Positions 38,889-48,927 of a DNA stretch of 64,000 bases are shown here, piece after piece (position 1 is the first letter of the stretch; each line of letters starts with the position of its first letter). The stretch is from Nitrosopumilus sp. (GTDB lineage Archaea; Thermoproteota; Nitrososphaeria; Nitrososphaerales; Nitrosopumilaceae). Position numbers and translations under genes: made by a program. The DNA lies in contig OY759726.1 of the NCBI GenBank assembly GCA_963662625.1, positions 1,120,001 through 1,184,000 of the forward strand. The letters run 5' to 3'. The notes under the pieces are model-generated. The model had not been told where the DNA came from, searched no databases, and saw only the letters and a program-made list of their open reading frames with translations.

Positions 38889-39959
38889 ATGGACGGGCCT
38901 ACTTTTGACGTGATGAACGCGCGGGTGACCTTCAAGAACGTCCCGCTCCACTCGCTGTCCCGGTTCGCCTTCAAGGACGTCGGCGCGGCGGTCGAGGCGT
39001 TCAGGAAGATCCCCGACGTGGACGAGTGCATCATCATCCAGACCGCCAGCAGGGTCGAGATCTTCACGGTAAGCAACGTCCAGGGCGGGGAGACCCCGGA
39101 CGCGCGGAGGGACGCCGGGAAGGCGCTGGTGCTCAACAAGATCAAGGACACCTGGGAGTCCCTGGCCGACCTGGAGCAGATCGACATCGACCACTTTGAC
39201 CAGACCATGGAGGTGTACAAGGGATACGACGTGTACTTCCACCTGCTGCGCCTGGCCTGCGGCCTCGACTCCGTGGTCGTGGGAAAGCAGGAGATATTCG
39301 ACGAGATCGCCGCGTCGGCCTCCAACGCGAAGCAGGCGGGGCACTCGGGCAGGGTCCTCAACAAGCTGTTCGACCACGTGATACGCATAGCCGGCCGGGT
39401 GAGGAAGTCCACCGCGATCAGCAAGAACGTGCTCTCGCTCGGGGACATCGCAGTCAAGATAGTCTCCGAGAAGGCCGGCCTGGATCCCAAGAAGAAGGTC
39501 CTGCTGATCGGCACCGGCGAGCCGGCGGCGATGATCGCAAAGACCCTCAACCAGAACAAGGTCTCCTTCGAGGTCACCAGCAGGACCATCGAGCGCGCCA
39601 CGGGATTCTCGAAGATCCTGGGGGGCAAGCCTGTCGCGTTCGACGAGGTGCTGAGCGGGTTCGACAGGTTCGACATCGTGTTCGTGGCGACGACTGCAGA
39701 CTATTTCCTGCTCACGTACGACAGGATCCACCTGCCGATGGAGGAGAAGAAGAAGGGGACCCTGGTGCTCGACATGTCCGATCCCAGGACGGTCGACGAG
39801 GGGATCACGTCGCTGCCGGGCATCAAGCTGCTGTTCAGGGATCAGATCGCCGAGATCTACGAGGAGAACGTCCGGGAGAGATCCGGCATCGTCCCCGCCG
39901 TAGAGAAGATCATCGAGAAGGAGACCCCGCTCGTCGAGGCGGCCATGCACAGGGCATAG
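38889..39959 (+). CDS. Glutamyl-tRNA reductase-like protein with altered catalytic motif
   Basis: HemA-fold motifs (HLLRLACGLDSVVVG, LLIGTG, DMSDPRTVD) but QTASRVE in place of TCNRxE. Confidence 0.82.
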   Translation: MDGPTFDVMNARVTFKNVPLHSLSRFAFKDVGAAVEAFRKIPDVDECIIIQTASRVEIFTVSNVQGGETPDARRDAGKALVLNKIKDTWESLADLEQIDIDHFDQTMEVYKGYDVYFHLLRLACGLDSVVVGKQEIFDEIAASASNAKQAGHSGRVLNKLFDHVIRIAGRVRKSTAISKNVLSLGDIAVKIVSEKAGLDPKKKVLLIGTGEPAAMIAKTLNQNKVSFEVTSRTIERATGFSKILGGKPVAFDEVLSGFDRFDIVFVATTADYFLLTYDRIHLPMEEKKKGTLVLDMSDPRTVDEGITSLPGIKLLFRDQIAEIYEENVRERSGIVPAVEKIIEKETPLVEAAMHRA

Positions 39960-40029
39960 CCCCGCAGCTTCCGCGCCCCGATGATGCCGTCCGCCATCCT
40001 GTCCAGCCTCGCGATGGGCCGCGCCAGGG

Positions 40030-40194
40030 TCACCCCTGCTGCCTTGCGATGAACTGCATCAGGGCCTCCCTGGAGTAGTCTATCCCGTGCTCCTCCTCGG
40101 TATGCGCCTTGAAGTTGTCTATGACCTCCTCGACGCCGCCCTGGGCTACAAAGTCGCACTCAAAGCCGTAGTCGTTGCACCTAAGCCTGGCCAC
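40030..40194 (-). CDS. DUF1059 small metal-binding protein
   Basis: LRCNDYGFECDF...HTEEEHG; TATA (TATATAAA) upstream. Confidence 0.82.
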   Translation of the reverse strand: MARLRCNDYGFECDFVAQGGVEEVIDNFKAHTEEEHGIDYSREALMQFIARQQG

Positions 40195-40302
40195 GGTTAA
40201 GACTGCAAGCCGTTTATATATAAATCTCGGGCCGCCCCAGCCCATGCTGATCACGCGCCGGTTGCAGAAATACATTTATCCAAAACCGGGGAAGTATGGT
40301 CG

Positions 40303-41142
40303 ATGGTGGTAGAGTACAAGGCCAAGATCACATACATACAGCTGGTCAAGGAGGACCTGGCCGTGATCCGCATACGGCCCGACGGGGGGATGCCCGAGTA
40401 CAAGACGGGGCAGTTCCTCACCATAGGCCTGCCGATACCATCCGAAAAGAAGGTCGTCAGGCGCGCCTACTCCATAGCGTCCCACCCCGAGAACCGCGAC
40501 TATTTCGAGTTCCTGATCAGGTGGGTCAGGCGGCCCCTGCCGGGAAGGGTCACGACGGAGCTGTTCTACGCGAACGTCGGCGACGAGGTCTCCCTCGGGG
40601 ATCCCACGGGCAACGCGCTGCAGATAGACCACGAGCTGCCCGACGGCATGCCGGACACGCGGCGTATAATATGCGTGGGCGGCGGGACCGGGCTGGCGCC
40701 GTTCATCGCGTTCGCAAAGCACCTGCACGACACCAACGACAGGCGCCAGGTCGTGGTCCTGCACGGCGTGAGCTACGTCGACGAGCTGAGCTACAAGGAG
40801 CTGCTCACGAGGCTCGAGGACGAGAGCATAGAGCGCGGCCCGGAGGAGTGGGACTTCAAGTACAGGGCGTCGGTGAGCAGGCCCAAGGAGTTCTTCAACA
40901 GGTCGTGGTCCGGGCAGGCCGGGAGGGTCGAGTCCTTCTTCAAGCCCAACAAACAGGGCGTCTCGCCCATCGACGAGCTGGTGGGGGAGGAGGTGACTCC
41001 CCAGAACAGCAAGATCTACATCTGCGGCTACCAGGGGACGATAGACGGGGTGATCGACCACCTCTCTCCCAAGGGGTTCGTGACCAAGGACCAGAAGCAC
41101 GAGGACGGAAGCTACGAAATAAAGTTCGAGTCCTACGGGTGA
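40303..41142 (+). CDS. Ferredoxin--NADP+ reductase (paralog 2)
   Basis: RRAYSIAS, GGGTGLAPF, YICGY, ESYG; colinear with 5537..6382. Confidence 0.88.
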   Translation: MVVEYKAKITYIQLVKEDLAVIRIRPDGGMPEYKTGQFLTIGLPIPSEKKVVRRAYSIASHPENRDYFEFLIRWVRRPLPGRVTTELFYANVGDEVSLGDPTGNALQIDHELPDGMPDTRRIICVGGGTGLAPFIAFAKHLHDTNDRRQVVVLHGVSYVDELSYKELLTRLEDESIERGPEEWDFKYRASVSRPKEFFNRSWSGQAGRVESFFKPNKQGVSPIDELVGEEVTPQNSKIYICGYQGTIDGVIDHLSPKGFVTKDQKHEDGSYEIKFESYG

Positions 41143-41197
41143 GCGGCCGGAGCCGATCCCCTTGAAAGCATAAATAACAATACGGCATCTCTTGTGC

Positions 41198-42313
41198 GTG
41201 AGTGGAAAGGACCGGTCGGTCGTGAGCAAGGAGGCCCTGAGGGGCACGGCCCCCGGCAAGCAGATCATGAAGCAGGCGTTGTTCAAGTCCAAGGGCTACA
41301 AGCTGTTCAACACGTACAAGGAGGAGGCCGAGGCCGCGTTCCCGGACTTTGCCAGGCGGTTCACGCAGGGCCTCCTGGCCGAGATGCGGTCCGACGCGTC
41401 GCCCGCCTCAACCCAGCGGGCGTTCGGCGACGAGGTGGGCTCCGCGGAGATGGTCCTGGGGGCCTCGGAGATCGACGCCGTCAGGTCCCGGCTGGAGAGC
41501 CCCGAGGTGCTGCACGACAGGGTGCTCAGGATACTGGACTCGAACTTTGTGAAGATGACGTTCCCGGTGTTCAACGCGCTGTTTGACGGCGCCGCGGAGC
41601 ATGCCGGGAGGGACGACCCCCGGATGCGGCAGGACATGGTGGAGGGACACATACTGGCGATCGACCTCAGCGAGCCGATGGACCGGATCGTCGACAGGGA
41701 CGAGGACCTGGAGTACCTCGACGACTACAAGCTGATGAACCCGTACATCCTGAGGCTCGCGCGCGCCAAGATCTCCAAGGGCGGAGACCGGGTCGTGCGC
41801 GAGTTCGAGGAGGGCTTCAGGGACGCCCGGCTGGGGCAGCACGTCGACGAGAGGCTAAAGTCGAAGCCCGCCGAGATCACCGAGGAGGAGATGGCGTCGT
41901 CCTACAAGAAATACCGCGCTGTCATGGGCACGGCAGGCAGGAATATGGCGCTCGCAGAAAGGCCGCTGGGGGAGATCTTCTACCTGGGCATGGCGCACGC
42001 GGCCGAGTGCGTCGGGTGCGGCAACGAGATCGAGGACTCTGTGAAGGGGGGACGCGTCAAGGTCCCGTCATGGCCCCTGTACTACTCGCTGCTCGCCGGC
42101 GACGTGAGGAGGGGGTTCGAGCTCACGCTGGAAAGGAGCGGGCTGTACCTGCGGGAGGCGCGCTTGGCGCTGGGGCTGCTGCCCGGGGACTTTTCGCGTA
42201 CAAAGTTCCTGGAGTTCCTGTTCCTGACGGTGGAGCACTACAACCAGTACTGGCACAAGCAGCTGGAAAGGGCGGGCAAGTGGGACGAGTTCAGGCTCGG
42301 CCTGCCGCGGTGA
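41198..42313 (+). CDS. Hypothetical protein (helical)
   Basis: Long ORF with strong host codon bias; start uncertain (41192/41198/41267). Confidence 0.75.
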   Translation: MSGKDRSVVSKEALRGTAPGKQIMKQALFKSKGYKLFNTYKEEAEAAFPDFARRFTQGLLAEMRSDASPASTQRAFGDEVGSAEMVLGASEIDAVRSRLESPEVLHDRVLRILDSNFVKMTFPVFNALFDGAAEHAGRDDPRMRQDMVEGHILAIDLSEPMDRIVDRDEDLEYLDDYKLMNPYILRLARAKISKGGDRVVREFEEGFRDARLGQHVDERLKSKPAEITEEEMASSYKKYRAVMGTAGRNMALAERPLGEIFYLGMAHAAECVGCGNEIEDSVKGGRVKVPSWPLYYSLLAGDVRRGFELTLERSGLYLREARLALGLLPGDFSRTKFLEFLFLTVEHYNQYWHKQLERAGKWDEFRLGLPR

Positions 42314-42321
42314 TCGGGTTG

Positions 42322-43479
42322 ATGTGGTCCGAAAAGCACCGCCCCCGGTCAGTCGCCGACATGATCGGCAACGAGGAGCCGCGCTCTACGGTGATCGAGT
42401 GGTTCACAAAGTGGAAGAAGGGGACCCGGCCGATACTCCTGGCCGGGCCGCCCGGGACCGGAAAGACCACCATGGCGTACCTCGCGGCGAGGCAGTTCGG
42501 CTACGACGTGGTGGGGCTCAACGCCAGCGACGCGCGGAGCAAGTCGCGGATCAACGAGATCCTGCGCCCCGTTCTGGGAAACGTGAGCGTGCACGGCTCC
42601 CCCATGATATTCGTCGACGAGGTCGACGGCATACACGGGCGGAGCGACTACGGGGGCGCCGACGCCCTGGTCAAGATCCTCAAGGATCCCGCGGTGCCGA
42701 TCGTGCTGGCGGCGAACTACCCGTCCTCGGACAAGATGAAGGGCATCGTGAAGGCCGTGAAGACCGTGGCCTTCAGGCCGATCCCCCCGCGCCTGATGGC
42801 GGCGCACCTCAGGGGGATCCTGGAAAAGGAGGGCTCCCGGCTCGGGCCGGGATCCGTCTTCAAGGCGGTCTCCAAGTCGCGCGGCGACATACGCTCGATG
42901 ATCAACCTGGCGCAGTCCCTGGTGACAGGGTTCGACCCGCAGACGGAGGCGGCGTTTGAGAGCGTCGACATCGAGGAGGGGGTCAACGCGTTCTTCAAGG
43001 CAAAGTCCGAGGACGAGGCCAGGGCCGTCCTGTACTCCATGCAGGTCGATCCCCGGCAGAAGATAGGCGCGTTTTACTCCAGCATAGTCACCAGCGGCGC
43101 CGGCGGCGCGGAGCTTGCCGAGTCGCTCGAGGTGCTGTCGAGGGCCGACGCGCTGTACGGGAGGATACTCAGGACCCAGAACTGGAGGCTGCTGCGCTAC
43201 CTCAACGAGATCCTGCTCGGGCTGCACCGCGGCGGCTCCTCCGTCCGGTACTCGCAGTACAACCTGCCGTGGCCGCTGCTCAACAGGATCCGCTGGGACG
43301 GCAGGAAGCTCAGGGCGCTGTCCTCGCTGATGGCGCGGCGGCTCCACACGTCCCCGAGCTCCTTTGCCACCTCGTGCCTCCCGTACGCACTGCTCTGCAT
43401 GAAGAACGGGAGCCTCGGCCGGGGCCAAGACGAAGCCTTCGACGGCATCCTGGAAAAGGAGATCGAGAGCCTCCGATGA
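42322..43479 (+). CDS. rfcL: Replication factor C large subunit
   Basis: MWSEKHRP, GPPGTGKTT, LNASDAR, DEVDG, GDIRSMIN. Confidence 0.92.
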   Translation: MWSEKHRPRSVADMIGNEEPRSTVIEWFTKWKKGTRPILLAGPPGTGKTTMAYLAARQFGYDVVGLNASDARSKSRINEILRPVLGNVSVHGSPMIFVDEVDGIHGRSDYGGADALVKILKDPAVPIVLAANYPSSDKMKGIVKAVKTVAFRPIPPRLMAAHLRGILEKEGSRLGPGSVFKAVSKSRGDIRSMINLAQSLVTGFDPQTEAAFESVDIEEGVNAFFKAKSEDEARAVLYSMQVDPRQKIGAFYSSIVTSGAGGAELAESLEVLSRADALYGRILRTQNWRLLRYLNEILLGLHRGGSSVRYSQYNLPWPLLNRIRWDGRKLRALSSLMARRLHTSPSSFATSCLPYALLCMKNGSLGRGQDEAFDGILEKEIESLR

Positions 43480-43790
43480 GCTGGCGCAAGATCCGGATGA
43501 AGTTTCCCGGGACGTGCACCGTCTGCAACGGGAGCATACCTGCAAACGAGGTCGGCCTGTGGGCCAAGGGGCTGGGGGTGAAGCACGAGGGGTGTGCCGA
43601 GGCCAAGGAGCTCAGGTGCGCCGTGTGCGGCAAGCCGGCCGGGTGCCCGCAGTGCGAGTTCCGTGACGGCTGCGACCTCGAAAGCGTGTCCCCGCTCTGC
43701 ATCTGCAGGGGGTGCGCCGACGGGGGGAACGCGATCCGGGAATACCAAAAGTCCGCAAAAAGAAAGTTCCCGCTGCTCGGCGCCGGGTAG
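43476..43790 (+). CDS. Small Cys-rich zinc-finger protein
   Basis: CxxC, HxxC, CxxC, CxxC, CxCxxC; ATGA overlap with rfcL. Confidence 0.78.
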   Translation: MSWRKIRMKFPGTCTVCNGSIPANEVGLWAKGLGVKHEGCAEAKELRCAVCGKPAGCPQCEFRDGCDLESVSPLCICRGCADGGNAIREYQKSAKRKFPLLGAG

Positions 43791-43842
43791 CCGCCCGCCA
43801 AACTAAATTAATATATGAAGCGATTATGTCCTAATACCGGGC

Positions 43843-45387
43843 ATGCATTCCGATAAGCTTGAGGAATATTCCACGAAGATCAGGACCGCCATGCAGGGGG
43901 GCGGCCAGGACAGGATCAAGGCGCAGCACAGCAAGGGCAAGCTGACTGCCCGCGAGCGCATAGGGTTGCTGCTTGACGAGGGCAGCTTTACCGAGATCGA
44001 TCCACTGGCTACCCACCATTACCACCACTACGACATGCAGAAAAAGAAGTTCTTCGGCGACGGCGTGGTGGGGGGCTACGGCACTGTGGGCGGCAGGCAG
44101 ATCTTCGTCTTTGCGTACGACTTTACGGTGCTGGGGGGCACGCTCAGCCAGATGGGGGCCAGGAAGATCACCAAGATCATGGATCACGCGGTGAGGACGG
44201 GGTGCCCCGTAGTCGGGATCATGGACTCCGGGGGCGCGCGCATCCAGGAGGGCATAATGAGCCTCGACGGCTTTGCGGACATCTTCTACCACAACCAGCT
44301 GGCCTCGGGCGTGGTGCCGCAGATCACCGCCAGCATAGGCCCGTCCGCCGGGGGCTCGGTCTATTCCCCGGCGATGACCGACTTTGTGATAATGGTGGAG
44401 AAGGCCGGGACGATGTTCGTCACCGGCCCCGACGTGGTCAAGACCGTCCTGGGGGAGGAGATCTCCTTTGACGACCTGGGCGGCGCGGTGACCCACGGGA
44501 CCAAGAGCGGGGTGGCCCACTTTGTGGCGCAGAACGAGTACGAGTGCATGGACTGCATCAGGAGGCTGGTCTCGTTCATCCCGCAGAACAACTCCGAGGC
44601 CCCGCCCGCGGTAAAGACCGGAGACGATCCGAACCGGCTGGATCACAACCTGATCAACGTCCTCCCGGACAACCCCCTGCAGCCGTACGACATGAAGGAG
44701 ATCATAGGCTCCGTCGTGGACGACGGGGACTTTTTCGAGGTCCACGAGCTGTTCGCGCCCAACGTGATCGTGGGCTACGCGCGGCTCAACGGCAGGGCCG
44801 TCGGGATCGTGGCCAACCAGCCGTTGCACCTTGCAGGCGCGCTGGACATCGACTCGTCGAACAAGGCAGCGCGCTTCATCCGGTTCTGCGACTCCTTCAA
44901 CATACCCATAGTCACGCTGGTGGACACCCCCGGGTACATGCCGGGCTCGAACCAGGAGCACAACGGCATCATCCGGCACGGGAGCAAGCTGCTGTTCGCG
45001 TACTGCGAGGCCACCGTCCCGAAGGTCACCCTGGTGATCGGCAAGGCGTACGGGGGCGCGTACATCGCAATGGGTAGCAAGAACCTGCGCACCGACGTCA
45101 ACTACGCCTGGCCGACAGCGAGGTGCGCGGTGCTCGGGGCCGAGGCGGCCATCAAGATAATGTACAGGAAGGAGCTCGCCGCGCCCGACAGCGAGGACAC
45201 CAAGAAACGGCTCATAGAGGAGTTCACCGAAGAGTTCGACAACCCCTACGTCGCGGCGTCGCACGGGACGGTGGACAACGTAATAGACCCCGCGGAGACC
45301 AGGCCGATGCTCATCAAGGCGCTAGAGATGCTGTCCAGCAAGCGGGAGAAGCAGCTTCCGAGGAAGCACGGGAACATCAACTTGTGA
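43843..45387 (+). CDS. Acetyl/propionyl-CoA carboxylase carboxyltransferase subunit (3HP/4HB cycle)
   Basis: GKLTARERI, DSGGARIQEG, DTPGYMPG, KAYGGAY, RKHGNINL. Confidence 0.94.
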   Translation: MHSDKLEEYSTKIRTAMQGGGQDRIKAQHSKGKLTARERIGLLLDEGSFTEIDPLATHHYHHYDMQKKKFFGDGVVGGYGTVGGRQIFVFAYDFTVLGGTLSQMGARKITKIMDHAVRTGCPVVGIMDSGGARIQEGIMSLDGFADIFYHNQLASGVVPQITASIGPSAGGSVYSPAMTDFVIMVEKAGTMFVTGPDVVKTVLGEEISFDDLGGAVTHGTKSGVAHFVAQNEYECMDCIRRLVSFIPQNNSEAPPAVKTGDDPNRLDHNLINVLPDNPLQPYDMKEIIGSVVDDGDFFEVHELFAPNVIVGYARLNGRAVGIVANQPLHLAGALDIDSSNKAARFIRFCDSFNIPIVTLVDTPGYMPGSNQEHNGIIRHGSKLLFAYCEATVPKVTLVIGKAYGGAYIAMGSKNLRTDVNYAWPTARCAVLGAEAAIKIMYRKELAAPDSEDTKKRLIEEFTEEFDNPYVAASHGTVDNVIDPAETRPMLIKALEMLSSKREKQLPRKHGNINL

Positions 45388-45392
45388 TCGGC

Positions 45393-46877
45393 ATGATTGA
45401 GAAGGTTCTTATCGCAAACAGGGGGGAGATCGCCCTACGGGTGATCCGCACGTGCAAGGCGCTGGGCATAAAGACGGTTGCGGTATACTCCGACGAGGAC
45501 TACGGCTCCCTGCACGTGAAGCAGGCCACCGAGGCGTACCACATCGGCGAGGCGGCGCCGGCAAAGTCGTACCTCAACCAGCAGAAGATCCTAGAGGTGA
45601 TGCTGTCGTCGGGCTCGGACGCCGTCCACCCGGGCTACGGCTTCCTGTCGGAGAACGACGAGTTCGCTGCCCTGTGCGAGAGGAACAAGATCAACTTCAT
45701 CGGGCCGTCCTCGGCGTCGATGAACCTCTGCGGCGACAAGATGGAGTGCAAGGCGGCGATGCTCAAGGCCGACGTGCCGACCGTCCCGGGAAGCCCGGGC
45801 CTAGTAGGGGACGCCGCCGAGGCAGAGAGGACAGCAAACGAGATAGGGTACCCGGTGCTGCTAAAGTCCGTCTACGGCGGCGGGGGCCGCGGGATACGGC
45901 TCGTCAACACCGACGAGGAGCTGCGCGCGGCGTACGAGTCCGTGACGGGCGAGTCGATAGCCGCCGTGGGCAAGTCCGCGATAATCGTGGAGAAGTTCCT
46001 CGAAAAGACGCGGCACATAGAGTACCAGATGGCAAGGGACAAGCACGGCAATGCCGTCCACCTCTTCGAGAGGGAGTGCTCCATCCAGCGGCGGAACCAG
46101 AAGCTCATCGAGCAGACGCCCTCGCCCGTGGTGGACCAGGAAACGCGGGACAGGATCGGAGAGCTGGTGGTGCGGGCGTCCGAGGCCGTCGACTATGTGA
46201 ACCTGGGGACCGCGGAGTTCCTGCGCTCCGACGACGGGGAGTTCTACTTCATAGAGATCAACGCGAGGCTCCAGGTGGAGCACCCGATCACGGAGATGGT
46301 CTCCGGGCTGGACCTGGTGAAGCTGCAGATCGACATTGCAAACGGCGAGCCCCTGCCCTTCAAGCAGGAGGATCTCAAGATGAACGGATACGCCATAGAG
46401 TGCAGGATCAACGCGGAGGACACATTCCTCGACTTCGCGCCGTCCACGGGGCCCGTCCCCGAGGTCACCGTCCCGGCAGGGCCCGGCGTGAGGTGCGATA
46501 CCTACCTCTATCCCGGGTGCACCGTGTCCCCGTTCTACGATTCGCTCATGGCGAAGCTGTGCACGTGGGGGCAGACGTTCGACGAGTCCCGGACGAGGAT
46601 GCTGACCGCCCTGGGCGACTTTTACATCCAGGGCGTCGAGACGTCGATCCCGCTGTACAAGACGATCTTGGAGAGCGAGGAGTACAGGGAGGGCCGGCTG
46701 TCCACCGACTTCCTGAAGCGCCACGGGATGATCGAGAGGCTGGAGGGAGACCTCCGGGAGGAGAAGAAGGGGAAGGGACTGGCCGCCGCCGCGGCGGCCA
46801 TCATGCACTCGGAGTACCTCAAGAGCCGCGTGCGTGGATCTCAAGACGCCTCCGAATGGAGAGACAGGCTGGGTTGA
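45393..46877 (+). CDS. accC: Biotin carboxylase subunit
   Basis: IANRGEIA, HPGYGFLSEN, GGGGRGIR, ERECSIQRRNQK, RLQVEHPITE. Confidence 0.94.
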   Translation: MIEKVLIANRGEIALRVIRTCKALGIKTVAVYSDEDYGSLHVKQATEAYHIGEAAPAKSYLNQQKILEVMLSSGSDAVHPGYGFLSENDEFAALCERNKINFIGPSSASMNLCGDKMECKAAMLKADVPTVPGSPGLVGDAAEAERTANEIGYPVLLKSVYGGGGRGIRLVNTDEELRAAYESVTGESIAAVGKSAIIVEKFLEKTRHIEYQMARDKHGNAVHLFERECSIQRRNQKLIEQTPSPVVDQETRDRIGELVVRASEAVDYVNLGTAEFLRSDDGEFYFIEINARLQVEHPITEMVSGLDLVKLQIDIANGEPLPFKQEDLKMNGYAIECRINAEDTFLDFAPSTGPVPEVTVPAGPGVRCDTYLYPGCTVSPFYDSLMAKLCTWGQTFDESRTRMLTALGDFYIQGVETSIPLYKTILESEEYREGRLSTDFLKRHGMIERLEGDLREEKKGKGLAAAAAAIMHSEYLKSRVRGSQDASEWRDRLG

Positions 46878-46883
46878 TGGGCA

Positions 46884-47396
46884 GTGGACTATAGGATACA
46901 GGACGTGGAGGACGCCTTCGAGGGCCGGATAACCGGGAGGCCCGGCGGCGGCGAGTACGTGATCACGATCAACGGGGACGAGCACGCGCTGCGGATCATC
47001 GGGATGGACTCCCGCGGGATGGAGTTCGTCCTGGATCGGGAGTACCACATGGCAAGGTACCTCAAGCACTCCACCAACGAGATGTCCATGGTGGTCGACA
47101 ACGTCCCGATCACGGTGAACATGCACGGCCACTTTGACGACATAGTATACAAGAACTCCGGCGGCGGGGGCCCGGCCAGCGAGCACCTGGCCCTGAAGAG
47201 CCAGATACCCGGCAAGGTGGTGTCCGTCGCGGTGTCCGAGGGGGACTCCGTCAGGAAGGGGGACGTGGTGTGCACGCTGGAGTCCATGAAGATGCAGGTC
47301 GCGGTAAAGTCGCACAAGGACGGGTCGGTCAAGTCCGTCAAGATCAAGGAAGGCGTGAGCATCGCCAAGGGCGACGTCGTCGCGGAGATCGAGTGA
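46884..47396 (+). CDS. accB: Biotin carboxyl carrier protein
   Basis: SQIPGKV, LESMKMQ biotinylation motif. Confidence 0.92.
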   Translation: MDYRIQDVEDAFEGRITGRPGGGEYVITINGDEHALRIIGMDSRGMEFVLDREYHMARYLKHSTNEMSMVVDNVPITVNMHGHFDDIVYKNSGGGGPASEHLALKSQIPGKVVSVAVSEGDSVRKGDVVCTLESMKMQVAVKSHKDGSVKSVKIKEGVSIAKGDVVAEIE

Positions 47397-47408
47397 GGCC
47401 GGGGCCCG

Positions 47409-47876
47409 CTACCCCTTCAGGAACTCCCTGATCTCCCCGTAGTCGGGCTCCTTGAGGGGATCCTCGGACACCCACTTGTAGCCTACGGTGCCGTCCTCCA
47501 TGACCACGAACACGGAACGCTTCGCGGCGTTGTATCCCTTGATGTGGAGCAGGTCCGGCATCAGGACGCCGTAGTCGCGGATCGTCTTGCTGGAATAGTC
47601 CGAGAGCAGGGGGAAATTGTAGCGGTTCTTCTCCGCGAACGCCTTGTTGGCGAACGGGCCGTCGTTGCTTATGGCCACCACCTGCGCGCCGAGGCCCGAG
47701 ATCTCGTCCCACGAGTCCCTGAACGCGCACAGCTCGTTCTCGCAGACCGGGGAACTCGCGGCGACGATGAACGAGAGGACGACCTTCTTGCCCCCGAACT
47801 CGTCCAGGGTCCGCATCTTCAGCTCCGTGTCCGGCAGCTCAAATCCTGGGGCGGAATCCCCGACTTCAGGTCCCAT
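47409..47876 (-). CDS. Peroxiredoxin (AhpC/TSA, BCP-like)
   Basis: GDSAPGFELPD, SPVCENE, FPLLSD, AKRSVF. Confidence 0.88.
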   Translation of the reverse strand: MGPEVGDSAPGFELPDTELKMRTLDEFGGKKVVLSFIVAASSPVCENELCAFRDSWDEISGLGAQVVAISNDGPFANKAFAEKNRYNFPLLSDYSSKTIRDYGVLMPDLLHIKGYNAAKRSVFVVMEDGTVGYKWVSEDPLKEPDYGEIREFLKG

Positions 47877-47987
47877 GCACCCCGTGGGGGCACGTCCTAT
47901 TAGAACCTTCCAGGCAACGGATCCCGGGAAACCGCACCCGAAAAATGTGCATACCTTTTTATACAAAAACTTGGGTTCAAAGCTAAA

Positions 47988-48362
47988 TTGGTCGGGGAAT
48001 TGGCGGGCAATTACAGTACCGTGGTGTTGATGTTCGGCTTTGCCGTGGCCGCCATGGCACCCGCCCTCGTGATCTCCAGGATGATATCCCCCAGAAGGAA
48101 GAGCAACCCAGTCAAGTTCCTGCCCATGGAGTGCGGCCAGGTGCCCTCTGGCAAGGGCAGGACCCACTTCATGATGCAGTACTATGCCTACATCCTGATG
48201 TTCGTGGTCTTCGACGTCGTGGCGATCTTCCTTTACGCGTGGGGGAGCAGCCTGCTGGACCTCCCAAGGTCGGCGACCCTGCCGATACTCGGGTTCTTGG
48301 CGATCATGTTCGGGGCGATGGCGTTCGCAATATACCAATCGGGAAGACGGAACATATGGTAG
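47988..48362 (+). CDS. nuoA: NADH-quinone oxidoreductase subunit A (start uncertain; ATG at 48030)
   Basis: PMECG, YYAYILMFVVFDV. Confidence 0.9.
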   Translation: MVGELAGNYSTVVLMFGFAVAAMAPALVISRMISPRRKSNPVKFLPMECGQVPSGKGRTHFMMQYYAYILMFVVFDVVAIFLYAWGSSLLDLPRSATLPILGFLAIMFGAMAFAIYQSGRRNIW

Positions 48363-48402
48363 TTATTTATATACTTCAGACCTACGGAGGTCGGGGATAG
48401 AG

Positions 48403-48927
48403 TTGCTCAAGGATCTGGTCACGCCGCAGAACGCAAACGTGTTCGTGGGGAAGCTGGGTGACATCCTGGAAAGGGCGATCGACAAGCCGCTGGGCTATGC
48501 CATCAACTGGGGCAGGATATGGTCGCTCTGGCCGGTACACATAGAGACGGCGTGTTGCAGCGTGGAGTTCGGCGCCGCGTCCGGCCCGAGGTATGATGTC
48601 GAGAGGTTCGGGATCATAGAGGCGTTCGGCTCGCTCCGGCAGTGCGATCTCATCGTCGTCCAGGGGACCATAACCAGGAAGATGGCACCGCGCCTCCGCC
48701 TGGTCTACGATCAGATGCCGGAGCCAAAGTACGTCATCGCGATGGGGGCCTGCGCGATCACCGGGGGCCTGTACTTTGATTCCTACAACGTCCTTCCCGG
48801 GATCGACGGGGTCTTGCCGGTGGACGTCTACGTTCCGGGCTGCCCGCCCAGGCCCGAGACCCTGATCCAGGGGTGCATGTTGCTACAGGAAAAGATCAAG
48901 AGGATGAAGGCCAGGAAGTTGGTATGA
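48403..48927 (+). CDS. nuoB: NADH-quinone oxidoreductase subunit B
   Basis: ACCSVE, QMPEPKYVIAMGACA, PGCPPRPE. Confidence 0.95.
   Translation: MLKDLVTPQNANVFVGKLGDILERAIDKPLGYAINWGRIWSLWPVHIETACCSVEFGAASGPRYDVERFGIIEAFGSLRQCDLIVVQGTITRKMAPRLRLVYDQMPEPKYVIAMGACAITGGLYFDSYNVLPGIDGVLPVDVYVPGCPPRPETLIQGCMLLQEKIKRMKARKLV

Noticed and set aside
43831-47315. Long antisense or alternate-frame ORFs (e.g. 43831..45264 -, 45861..47315 -; also 25064..26635 +, 38457..39950 -, 28548..29942 -)
   Set aside because: Shadow ORFs expected from high GC3; they fully overlap well-supported genes and have biased composition
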